Assembly (NCBI GenBank): GCA_025934075.1
Contig: JAICYT010000001.1
Span: 1 to 62,718 of the forward strand
Direction of reading: 5' to 3'
Length of the DNA: 62,718 nucleotides
Source of the DNA: Gemmatimonadaceae bacterium
GTDB taxonomy: Bacteria > Gemmatimonadota > Gemmatimonadetes > Gemmatimonadales > Gemmatimonadaceae
Below are positions 9,764 to 17,933 of the stretch, piece by piece. The position numbers and the translations under genes are program-made. Numbering within the stretch: the first letter of the stretch is position 1; every line of letters starts with the position of its first letter. Below the pieces are notes generated by a model, which was given only the letters and a program-made list of their open reading frames with translations, was not told the origin of the DNA and made no database searches.

Positions 9764-10378
9764 ATGAACCGGCCGAGTCGTCGCGTGGGGCTCAAGGGCC
9801 TTCGTCAGGCCTTCGACGAAGTGCGCTTCGGTGCTGAGCGGACGCTCAATCTTCGAGAATCACTTCCGACTCCGGATGCCGCTACACTCCGGACCGAAGC
9901 GTGGTTGCGACAACAGCAAGTCGATCGCGCCGATGAGGTGTTGATCATTACCGGCCGCGGAAATCAAAGCGACGGCGGCGTCTCGGTCGTTCGCGAGGCC
10001 GTCATTCGTTTGTTGCACGTGCTCAAACGCCGCGGTGTGATTGCCGGCCATCAAGAGCACACGCCCGGATCGTTCGCCGTCACGCTCGCGCCGCTTTCGG
10101 CGCTCTGGGAATCGCCGCGACGAAACCGCGGACGAGGTATCGCGCCGCCTCCCGCGAATCCGCCGTCTCTGGACGAACTCGATGAGGAGACGCGCACGAT
10201 GCTCCGGAATTTGGCGGAGCGCGCGTTGGAGGGGCTTGGCTTGAAGGACACGGCAACATTTCTTCAGGGCGAAATGCTTCGACAGTTCGGCGCCATCGCC
10301 GCCACTGTCGGCGACGCTCCTGGTCGTGAGGATCGTCTCCGCATGGCGATTCGCGCGGCGCTCGATCAACACGAGTGA
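9764..10378 (+). CDS. Smr (small MutS-related) domain protein
   Basis: LNLRESLP...EVLIITGRGNQSDGGVSVVREAVIRLL matches the Smr nuclease-domain pattern. Confidence 0.75.
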   Translation: MNRPSRRVGLKGLRQAFDEVRFGAERTLNLRESLPTPDAATLRTEAWLRQQQVDRADEVLIITGRGNQSDGGVSVVREAVIRLLHVLKRRGVIAGHQEHTPGSFAVTLAPLSALWESPRRNRGRGIAPPPANPPSLDELDEETRTMLRNLAERALEGLGLKDTATFLQGEMLRQFGAIAATVGDAPGREDRLRMAIRAALDQHE

Positions 10379-12531
10379 GCAGCACGTCCGTCCGTTCGGT
10401 TCTTTGGTTCACCCATCTCACACGGAATCTCCACGTGCGAATTCGCATCGTTCTCGCGCTCCTCGGCTGCGCGAGTGTATCGGCGGCAGCGCAACAAGGC
10501 CTGGTTGGCTACACGGCGACCGGCGCCGCGCACGAACGAGACCTTGAGGCAAGCGCCATCAAACGTCCGTCGCCCACGAACGCGGCCGCCTATTCGAAGG
10601 AGTTGTCGCGCGAAACGCACGTTGCGGGCACGCCAGCCCAAGCACGGACACGCGATTACGTCATCGAGCAAATGAAGCGCTGGGGGCTCGAGACGGAGAC
10701 GCGCGCGTATGACATTTGGATGCCGCACCCGACATCGGTCCGCGTCGCGCGCGTTTCCCCGCAACCCAAAGAACTTTCGCTCGCGGAGCCGGTCGTCGCG
10801 GAAGATCCGACGTCGAAGCTGTGGCAGTACCCAACGGTGAACGGGTACAGCGGAGAAGGCGACGTGACCGGCGACGTTGTCTACGTCAACTACGGACTCA
10901 TCGAAGACTACGCGGAGCTCGACTCCATGGGTGTCTCTGTGAAGGGAAAGATCGCGATCGCGCGTTACGGACGGTCGTTCCGAGGCATCAAGGCGCGAGA
11001 GGCGGAAAAGCATGGAGCGATCGCGCTGCTGATCTACAGCGATCCACAGGACGACGGCTACGTCGTCGGCGACGTCTATCCGGACGGACCGATGCGGAAC
11101 AGCGCGGGAGTTCAGCGCGGAAGTATTCTCAATCCCGACGGCGACCCATCGACGCCGGGCTATGCCAGCAAGCCGGGCGCACCGCGCCTTCGTCCAGAAC
11201 AAATGGAGATTTCGCACATTCCAGTCGTTCCCATCGGCTACGGCAATGCGAGCGAGCTTCTCCGATTCGCGCGCGGCGCCAGCGTGCCGCGCGGATGGCA
11301 AGGCGGACTGCCGTTCCACTATCATGTCGGCCCAGGACCGGTACGCGCTCACGTTTCGGTCAAGGACGATCGCGCCACGAAGCCGATCAAACCGATCTAC
11401 GATACATTCGGCGTCATCCGCGGCAGCGAGTTCCCGGACGAGCTCGTGATCATTGGCGGGCACCGTGACGCTTGGGGACCCGGCACTGCCGACAACGTGA
11501 GCGGAACGGTGAGCGTGCTCGAGGCCGCGCGCGCGGTGGCGGAGGAAATGAAAGCTGGAGTTCGTCCGAAGCGAACGATCATCTTTGCCACATGGGATGC
11601 CGAGGAGTGGGGCTTGATGGGCTCGACGGAGTTTGTCGAAGACGATTCGTTGCGGCTCGCACACAACGCAGTTGCCTACTTCAATCAAGACGTCGCCGCA
11701 CAAGGACCGAGGTTCAGCGGCGGCGGATCGCCATCGTTGCGCTCAACGCTGCGCGACGTCGCCCGGCTCGTGCCGGATGCGAACGGCAAGGGGAGTGTCT
11801 ACAGCGAGTGGCGACGAGCGAGCGCCGTTGCCGATACCACGGAGCCGGCGATGGGCGATCCCGGCGGCGGTTCGGACTTCGCAGGATTCTACAATCACCT
11901 CGGCATCCCGATCGCGGAATGGGGATTTGGCGGGCAGGGCGGGGTCTACCATTCCCAGTACGACAGTTATACGTGGATGACGAAGTTCGGTGATCCGGGT
12001 TTTCACTATCACGCGGCGGCGGCGCGCATCGGCGCCGCGCTGGTGCTGCGTATCGCGAATGCCGAGGTCCTCCCGTACGACTACGTCGAGTATGCGCGGA
12101 CCATGCGTCGCTATCTCGATCCCATCGACCGCGCAATTACCGGACGCCACTGGAATGCGCCGACGACGGCGCTGCGTTCCGCGATCGACCGACTGCAGCA
12201 AGAGGCAGCCACATTCAACACCGCGCGCGACTCGGCGCTGACGGGAACGCCTGCGACGGCGACCCTCAAGCGAACCAATGAGGCGTTGATGCAAGTCGAA
12301 CGCGCGTTGACGCGACCGTCCGGACTACGGACGCGTCCCTGGTTTCGTAACCTCGTGTACGTCGCCGACGAGAACAACGGATACGCCAACATGGCGCTTC
12401 CATCCGTCAACGAAGCCATCCGCGCCGGCGACGAAGCGCTGACGCGAGCGGAAATACAAGATCTCGCATCGCGCTTCGATGCCGCAGCGAAAGCACTGTC
12501 CGACGCGCGCGTGGTAGTCGGCGCGCGCTAG
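10375..12531 (+). CDS. M28-family peptidase with PA and transferrin-receptor-like dimerisation domains (glutamate carboxypeptidase II-like)
   Basis: GTG start overlapping the Smr stop. Signal-like N-terminus, GGHRDAWGPGTADNVSG and TWDAEEWGLMGS metal-ligand motifs, and a C-terminal TfR-like helical domain. Confidence 0.85.
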   Translation: MSSTSVRSVLWFTHLTRNLHVRIRIVLALLGCASVSAAAQQGLVGYTATGAAHERDLEASAIKRPSPTNAAAYSKELSRETHVAGTPAQARTRDYVIEQMKRWGLETETRAYDIWMPHPTSVRVARVSPQPKELSLAEPVVAEDPTSKLWQYPTVNGYSGEGDVTGDVVYVNYGLIEDYAELDSMGVSVKGKIAIARYGRSFRGIKAREAEKHGAIALLIYSDPQDDGYVVGDVYPDGPMRNSAGVQRGSILNPDGDPSTPGYASKPGAPRLRPEQMEISHIPVVPIGYGNASELLRFARGASVPRGWQGGLPFHYHVGPGPVRAHVSVKDDRATKPIKPIYDTFGVIRGSEFPDELVIIGGHRDAWGPGTADNVSGTVSVLEAARAVAEEMKAGVRPKRTIIFATWDAEEWGLMGSTEFVEDDSLRLAHNAVAYFNQDVAAQGPRFSGGGSPSLRSTLRDVARLVPDANGKGSVYSEWRRASAVADTTEPAMGDPGGGSDFAGFYNHLGIPIAEWGFGGQGGVYHSQYDSYTWMTKFGDPGFHYHAAAARIGAALVLRIANAEVLPYDYVEYARTMRRYLDPIDRAITGRHWNAPTTALRSAIDRLQQEAATFNTARDSALTGTPATATLKRTNEALMQVERALTRPSGLRTRPWFRNLVYVADENNGYANMALPSVNEAIRAGDEALTRAEIQDLASRFDAAAKALSDARVVVGAR

Positions 12532-12537
12532 GAGCGC

Positions 12538-13932
12538 CTAAGGACTCGTCGTTGTCGCGGGGCTCGACGGCTTATTCAGCGACCGGCTCGCGACGACGGC
12601 GATTATCGAGCTGGCGACAATCGTGACGGCGACGGCGAACAACACGAGCAGGACGTAGCGAAACGGAATGCGTTCGGCGAGCTGTTCCCCGATTTGTTGC
12701 GACGATCCAGTCTCGACGCTCGATGGCTCCTCGTCAAAGTCATCCGGCTCGATTTCCACGAAACGCTCAGGTGGTCGCACGGTCGGTGGTTCGGAGATCG
12801 GCGCTCGAACGATCGGCGTCGCACGGGGAGAAGGTCGACGCCGCGCGACATACGCGCGTGGGAGTGCCTTGCCCTCGGGATCTCTGGTGATGGGAACCGA
12901 GCCGATGACGGGGCGCCCGATGCTCGACGTGCCCGGGTTGCTCGTGCGCGGCTGCCGCGGCTCAGGAACGGTCGCCAGCCCGCGAACGGGACTGATGCCA
13001 TGTCCCAATGATGACGCGTCAAAGCCGCGAGGCGGTGTGTTGAGCGTCGGCGTCGGCGAGTCCATCGGTACGGAAACGACGTCGATCGGCGCGCGCGGTG
13101 CCGCCGGTACCGCGAGATCGAGCTCGATCGGCGCTTGTTCGTCGACGACTGGAATCGTCGCGCGCGGCGGCTCGAGTGCGACCACGTTCTGCCGGGCCAG
13201 TTTGGGTGCACCATCAGGCAGCGCGCCGCTGCAGACGCAGCCGAGCCGGGAAGAGGCGTCGATCAGAATATTCTTATTACTCAGCAGGTGCTGTGCTAGC
13301 TCGGCGGCGAAATCTTCGCCCTCGAGCTCGACGAGGGTGCGTGCGCCGGATTCCATCCACAGCACGTCGGCTGCTGGCACTCCGCCCGGCTGCGAGCGGA
13401 AACGGCGTCGATCCGGCGGAATGACAGATTCGAAAATTCGTGGCTGATCGTCGAGTGAGATGTCTCGCTCGGCAAGCATCGCAATGAGGGCTTGGGCGGT
13501 CATCCGGATATCGATCGTCTCATCGACGGCGCCCGGACAACTGCCGATATACGTAATTCGAGTGCGAGTCGGTTGTGAGAGCGTGCGAATGTAGCGGGCG
13601 ACGGCGACAGGCGGCGGTACGAGTGCGAGCATCACGGGCCGGAGGTCGCCACCGACGGTGAGTAAGCGATGCGCGACGATCGGACAGCTGCATTGGATGA
13701 CAGGTCCGGTGCCGAAGTTCGGAAGCCGACGCAGCACGGCGGCCGCGAGGATTTCATCTCCCCAGCTTGCAGGGACGACATTCGCGAAGCCGGCGCGCAG
13801 GCACGCGTGCGCAAGCTGCACCGGCGTTGCTGGTGAGGCAGCCAGCAGCGCATCCGTACCGAGAATGACAATCGGCACGGTCTGTGGAGCAGTCTGCTGA
13901 GTCGGTGTTGGAGCTGCCACCGCGAGAGTCAT
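12538..13932 (-). CDS. Tail-anchored protein with an [FeFe]-hydrogenase large-subunit C-terminal-like Cys-motif domain and a Pro-rich linker
   Basis: Residues about 20-240 are collinear with the HydA/Nar1 H-domain: QCSCP vs TSCCP, YIGSCPGAVDE vs MPCxxKxxE, LGCVCSGA vs MACxGGCxxGG. A Pro-rich region follows, then one TM helix (aa ~425-449). Confidence 0.6.
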   Translation of the reverse strand: MTLAVAAPTPTQQTAPQTVPIVILGTDALLAASPATPVQLAHACLRAGFANVVPASWGDEILAAAVLRRLPNFGTGPVIQCSCPIVAHRLLTVGGDLRPVMLALVPPPVAVARYIRTLSQPTRTRITYIGSCPGAVDETIDIRMTAQALIAMLAERDISLDDQPRIFESVIPPDRRRFRSQPGGVPAADVLWMESGARTLVELEGEDFAAELAQHLLSNKNILIDASSRLGCVCSGALPDGAPKLARQNVVALEPPRATIPVVDEQAPIELDLAVPAAPRAPIDVVSVPMDSPTPTLNTPPRGFDASSLGHGISPVRGLATVPEPRQPRTSNPGTSSIGRPVIGSVPITRDPEGKALPRAYVARRRPSPRATPIVRAPISEPPTVRPPERFVEIEPDDFDEEPSSVETGSSQQIGEQLAERIPFRYVLLVLFAVAVTIVASSIIAVVASRSLNKPSSPATTTSP

Positions 13933-14105
13933 GAATGCGCGTGCGTTGAAACTGAAGTCAGACGTGAGCGAACACTGCTGTTTCGCGACCGGCTGACCAA
14001 ACCCATCAACTGAGGCTCAAGAATCCGAACTGTCAAGGGCGGCCCGGACATTGCAACCCGAGAAACCCGTTGCGGGATGTGAGGATGGCTGTGGGGGAGT
14101 CCAAC

Positions 14106-14819
14106 ATGGGGTTCGCGCGACTCAATGACGCCGAGCGAGAAGCGATCACGGCGTACGCCGCTCGCGCAACGTGGCCTGCGGCCTTTGCAATCTATCAACG
14201 TGGTGCCGTCGCGGACGGATTGTTCATCGTCACTCGTGGCCGCATCGTCCTTCGGAGTCGGGTTCGAGCCGGGCGCGGCTTCGTGCCATGGATCGCCACT
14301 CCCGGGGAGACGTTCGGATCTGAAGGACTCTCGCAAAACGCGCGCTACGCCACTGACGCGCGCGCCGACGAAGAAAGTGAGACACTCTTTCTCAGTTCGG
14401 CGCGTTTTCGGGCATTCGTCCGGGAACAACCACAGCACTCGCTTTCGCTGATCACGCAGTTGATGGGTGAGCGCAGCGCGCTCCTCGACAAACTCCGGGA
14501 ACTGACGACCCTCAGCGTCGAGCAGCGATTGGTATCCACGTTGATCCGCATGTCGAGCAACAATACGTTCACGCGTGAGGACGGCCGCATCGTATTGTGC
14601 CCTTCGCGCTATCGGTTGCTCTGTGAGCTGGTTGGAGCCACGCGTGAATCAGTGTCGCTCGTCCTCGGCCGCCTCACAGGAGAAGGACTCGTGGAGCGCA
14701 AGGGGACGACACTGATCATCGCTCCGCCGACACGACTGGCGGAACGCCTCGACGGCGGCCTGGCCGACAACGAGCTGGCGTTCCCGGCATTGAACGAGGC
14801 TGAACAAGCGCTTCAATAG
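14106..14819 (+). CDS. Crp/Fnr-family transcriptional regulator
   Basis: cNMP-binding fold (GLFIVTRGRIVLRS...GETFGSEGL) and C-terminal HTH (VGATRESVSLVLGRLTGEGLVERKG). ATG 14106 has GGGGGAG 7 nt upstream. The ORF is open from TTG 14070. Confidence 0.85.
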   Translation: MGFARLNDAEREAITAYAARATWPAAFAIYQRGAVADGLFIVTRGRIVLRSRVRAGRGFVPWIATPGETFGSEGLSQNARYATDARADEESETLFLSSARFRAFVREQPQHSLSLITQLMGERSALLDKLRELTTLSVEQRLVSTLIRMSSNNTFTREDGRIVLCPSRYRLLCELVGATRESVSLVLGRLTGEGLVERKGTTLIIAPPTRLAERLDGGLADNELAFPALNEAEQALQ

Positions 14820-14844
14820 TTTTGCCGCCGGATCGTGAGTCTAG

Positions 14845-14879
14845 ATGCGCCCGGCGGCTGGCTGGGCGCATATATTTTT
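14845..14879 (+). terminator. Intrinsic terminator after the Crp/Fnr gene
   Basis: ATGCGCCC-(11 nt)-GGGCGCAT stem followed by ATATTTTT. Confidence 0.6.
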
Positions 14880-15020
14880 GCCCGCCGCCGCGCGACTCAA
14901 CTGCACGCCGCTCCCGGATGACGCTCCGCGCTGTTTCAATGCCGCTGCGCGAGGCGTCTTCGCCGTGGCCCCGCGGAAACAACGCAGCACTTACAGGAAT
15001 ACTCATTTGGCAGTGCTGAC

Positions 15021-15899
15021 GTGATCATTGTTGCGCTCCTGGCTCTTCTTGTCGTAATCGTTTCTTGGCGGCGATCGGTTTACTTGCGCGCTGCGAGGGC
15101 GAACCTCCGGCAGCGGCCGTTGAACGACGACGGCATCGTCATTGGCGCCGAGGGATTCGTTCTCGAACGCGCCAACGCTCCGGCGGTGCTGCTGCTCCAC
15201 GGCGCCGGCGATACGCCGCAAACGCTTCGCTACCTCGCGGATGCTCTGCATGCGCGCGGATTTCACGTCTCAGCACCACTGCTTCCCGGACACGGCCGAA
15301 CCGTGCGGGATTTTGCGCGACTCCGCGCTGACGATCTGACAACTGCGTCGCGAGCGCACTACGACGATCTTCGGCGATCGCATTCGTGGTTGGGCGTCAT
15401 CGGCGTCTCGATGGGCGGCGCACTCGCTGTGCAGATCGCCGCGGCAGACCAAGATCTGCCCGCGCTCGGTCTGGTCGCGCCGTACCTTGCGATGCCGGCG
15501 GCAATTGAACGTGCTGCGCGTTTCGCGTGGCTGTGGGGCCCATTCGTGCCCGTGTTGCGGTCCGCGGATGGACTGTCGGTTCTCGATCCCGTCGAACGCG
15601 ACCGCAGCCTCGCCTACGGGGCGTTCACCCCGGCGGCGTTGCGCGCACTGAGAACGACAATGCGGCGCGCGGTCGCAGCACTTCCGCGCGTCGTCGCCCC
15701 GACTTTGATGATTCAGTCCCGCGAAGACAATCGCATCCGTGTTGCTGACGCCGAGCGTGCCTTTGCACTCTTGGGCGCGCGTGAGAAGCGCCTGCAATGG
15801 ATCGCAGGCGCGGCTCACGTCATCACCGTCGATTATGGACGCGACGTCGTGATCGCGTCGCTCACGTCATGGATGGAATCGCGAGCGTTCAGCCGGTGA
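15021..15899 (+). CDS. Alpha/beta hydrolase (carboxylesterase/lysophospholipase-like) with N-terminal TM segment
   Basis: VLLLHGAGDTP, nucleophile elbow GVSMGGA, and a C-terminal AAHVIT His motif. GTG start. Confidence 0.8.
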   Translation: MIIVALLALLVVIVSWRRSVYLRAARANLRQRPLNDDGIVIGAEGFVLERANAPAVLLLHGAGDTPQTLRYLADALHARGFHVSAPLLPGHGRTVRDFARLRADDLTTASRAHYDDLRRSHSWLGVIGVSMGGALAVQIAAADQDLPALGLVAPYLAMPAAIERAARFAWLWGPFVPVLRSADGLSVLDPVERDRSLAYGAFTPAALRALRTTMRRAVAALPRVVAPTLMIQSREDNRIRVADAERAFALLGAREKRLQWIAGAAHVITVDYGRDVVIASLTSWMESRAFSR

Positions 15900-16266
15900 C
15901 TCGGTCGACGATCGATCCGCTGAATTCTTTCACGGTCTCGAGACCTTCCGTCACCGCGGTCGACGCTTGCTGAGCGACTTCCTTCGCGACGCGCGTCACG
16001 CGGGCCATTGGCGATTGGGACGCCGCTTTTTGGCCGCCGCCGGAGCTGCGCGTCATGCTGCGCTTTGCGGCGCCCTTTTTGATGGCGGGACGTTTGGCCG
16101 CGCTCTTCTTGATCGCGGGGCGCTTCGTCGACTTCTTCGTCGCGCCACGCTTAGCCGCGCTGCCTTTCTTTCCTGAGCGCTTGGCCGACGAGCGCTTCGA
16201 AACGCTTCGCTTGCTCGCCGTCTTACCGCCTGACTTCCTGCGAGACTTCTTGGCTCGTGCCGCCAT
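15889..16266 (-). CDS. Lys/Ala/Ser-rich histone-H1-like basic protein
   Basis: 125 aa, with GAGGAG 7-8 nt upstream of the ATG. The N-terminal ~85 aa are KRS/AKK repeats (SAKRSGKKGSAAKRGATKKSTKRPAIKKSAAKRPAIKKGAAKR). The C-terminal ~40 aa look helical. High GC3 on this strand; the + strand ORF 16055-16417 is its shadow. Confidence 0.7.
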   Translation of the reverse strand: MAARAKKSRRKSGGKTASKRSVSKRSSAKRSGKKGSAAKRGATKKSTKRPAIKKSAAKRPAIKKGAAKRSMTRSSGGGQKAASQSPMARVTRVAKEVAQQASTAVTEGLETVKEFSGSIVDRVTG

Positions 16267-16413
16267 GACGCTTCTCCTCGGAGTCGGTGATGATGATCAA
16301 CGCGTGAGAATAGCAGGAACTGAGCGCATCGGTAAGTCCGCCGTTGCCGCAGTAGGTCTCGCAGGTATGAGAGGACGCGTTGTCGCGTGGGAGTCGCGTT
16401 CCGAACTTGTTCG

Positions 16414-17124
16414 TTAGGGCCAGGGGCGCTTCTTCGAGTAGGGACGTCCAAAGACATCGGCCAATGCGTCCGTCGCGTCTTCGGTACGCACGACGGCATC
16501 GAGACGATTTCCGGTCGGCATGAGCTTCGTGTACTCGCGGTATCGCCCGTAGCCGTGGCAAAAACAAAGCGGTCCGCGTCGGGTCAGATCGCCAAGCCAG
16601 ATGTCAGGGAGACCGATCCAGGTGAAGGCGTAAAAGAGGTTGAGCTTTTTCAAACGAGGCAAGTCACTCTCGATCGTGTGGTGCGGAAGGGATCCGTGTT
16701 TCCCCCACTGCACGTCGATTGCTACCTGGCCACTATTGCGCCAGTCGGTATGGAGGAGCGTCCCGTGCCAGTACGTCCAGATGTCGGTCGGCGCGCGAGT
16801 CGAGTCGTATCCGACCCACATCACCTCTTCGTCGGTTGGGACGGTGAACGGAATCCATGATCCGTGGACGTCATCCTTCCAGAGGAGGTGGTAGGCGATG
16901 ATGCGCCGCGTGGGGTGCAAGACGGCGACGATTCTCTCCAAGGGGAACCATTCGTCGCGCTGGACGTATAACAGAGGTGCAAGCGCGCGTGCCAGGATGG
17001 CTCCGCTGTCGCTCGCAGCGAGCCCGCCCGGAACAACAAGCGGGCGCGGCGGGATGTGAGCGCGTGGACCACAACCCAGCACGAGCAAGGCGAGCCCTAC
17101 CACGACGCGCACGCCGCGTGACAA
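16414..17124 (-). CDS. Hypothetical lipoprotein
   Basis: The signal plus lipobox MSRGVRVVVGLALLVLGC supports a lipoprotein. The mature part is Trp-rich and I recognise no family. Confidence 0.6.
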   Translation of the reverse strand: MSRGVRVVVGLALLVLGCGPRAHIPPRPLVVPGGLAASDSGAILARALAPLLYVQRDEWFPLERIVAVLHPTRRIIAYHLLWKDDVHGSWIPFTVPTDEEVMWVGYDSTRAPTDIWTYWHGTLLHTDWRNSGQVAIDVQWGKHGSLPHHTIESDLPRLKKLNLFYAFTWIGLPDIWLGDLTRRGPLCFCHGYGRYREYTKLMPTGNRLDAVVRTEDATDALADVFGRPYSKKRPWP

Positions 17125-17223
17125 AATGATAACTTTGATAGTCTTAGAGAATTAGAAGGTTAGCTGTAAGAGGCGGACCGGCGCCATCATTATCCGGGGC
17201 TGTTCGTTGTTGAGGAGGGGCAT

Positions 17224-17433
17224 ATGCGCAAGCCACGCCCGGTTACGTATAACCCAGCGCAGGCACTGAATCTGATCGCCAACGACAGGAGCGGTTCCGC
17301 GCTTTCCTGTCCGTCGTGTTCCGGACCAATCGATCGCACCCCGCCTGACGTCCCGGCGCCTCCGCGCTCGCATGTGACGCTTCGGTGTCGCGAGTGTGGG
17401 CGAATTGCCCGCTACATCGCGGGCGCCGCGTAG
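17224..17433 (+). CDS. Small zinc-ribbon protein (CxxC...CxxC)
   Basis: 69 aa with a strong SD (GAGGAGGGG ends 3 nt before the ATG). CPSC at aa 29-32 and CREC at aa 55-58. Confidence 0.55.
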   Translation: MRKPRPVTYNPAQALNLIANDRSGSALSCPSCSGPIDRTPPDVPAPPRSHVTLRCRECGRIARYIAGAA

Positions 17434-17652
17434 AGCCGACCACAACTCGCAACGACTTCGCACCGGGACGGCACTGAGCGCCGCCCCGGCCGCAGCGTGG
17501 CTTGCACAAAACTTGCCTCCACCGCCTTCCAAGCGGCCTCGCCGATTTTTTGGCGAAGTCGCGAGGCGAGGGTGGATCACGCTTGCCAGTTGCGTCTCGA
17601 GCGCTTCAGGCACGGGATCAAGGATCACCGATTCTTGGACGAGGTACGTGCA

Positions 17653-17862
17653 ATGGCTCGACTTACCGGCACCGTGAAGTGGTTCAACGACGCGAAGGGC
17701 TACGGCTTCATCTCTCATGAGGGGGGTCCAGACGTCTTCGTTCACTTCAGCGCCATCCAGGGGAACGGCTTCAAGTCCCTAGCCGAGGGCGATCGCGTTG
17801 AGTTCGAGATCGTTCAGGGGCAAAAGGGTCCGCAAGCAGCCGACGTCACCAAGGTGTCGTGA
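17653..17862 (+). CDS. Cold-shock protein, CspA family (second copy)
   Basis: [43 protein letters not shown]. The internal ATG at 17653 gives 69 aa. Confidence 0.9.
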   Translation: MARLTGTVKWFNDAKGYGFISHEGGPDVFVHFSAIQGNGFKSLAEGDRVEFEIVQGQKGPQAADVTKVS

Positions 17863-17884
17863 TCCCGCGCGAACGGTCAAAACA

Positions 17885-17920
17885 AAACGCCCCGGCGATG
17901 ACCGGGGCGTTTGCTTTCTC
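17885..17920 (+). terminator. Intrinsic terminator after csp
   Basis: AAACGCCCCGG-cgatga-CCGGGGCGTTT followed by GCTTTCTC. Confidence 0.7.
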
Positions 17921-17933
17921 GTACGAGTGAGGA

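Noticed and set aside
10366-11703. 445-aa ORF on the - strand, and many similar long antisense ORFs (for example 8493-9083, 39073-40065, 42217-43158, 57840-58718, 28809-30395, 47253-48476)
   Set aside because: These lie antisense to genes with clear homology. Their translations are Arg/Ala/Gly-rich with no recognisable motifs. Such shadow ORFs are expected in GC-rich DNA.
17152-17745. 197-aa - strand ORF spanning the zinc-ribbon gene and the csp leader
   Set aside because: No SD and no homology. It overlaps a + strand ORF that has a strong SD and a CxxC...CxxC motif, and it runs into the csp coding region.
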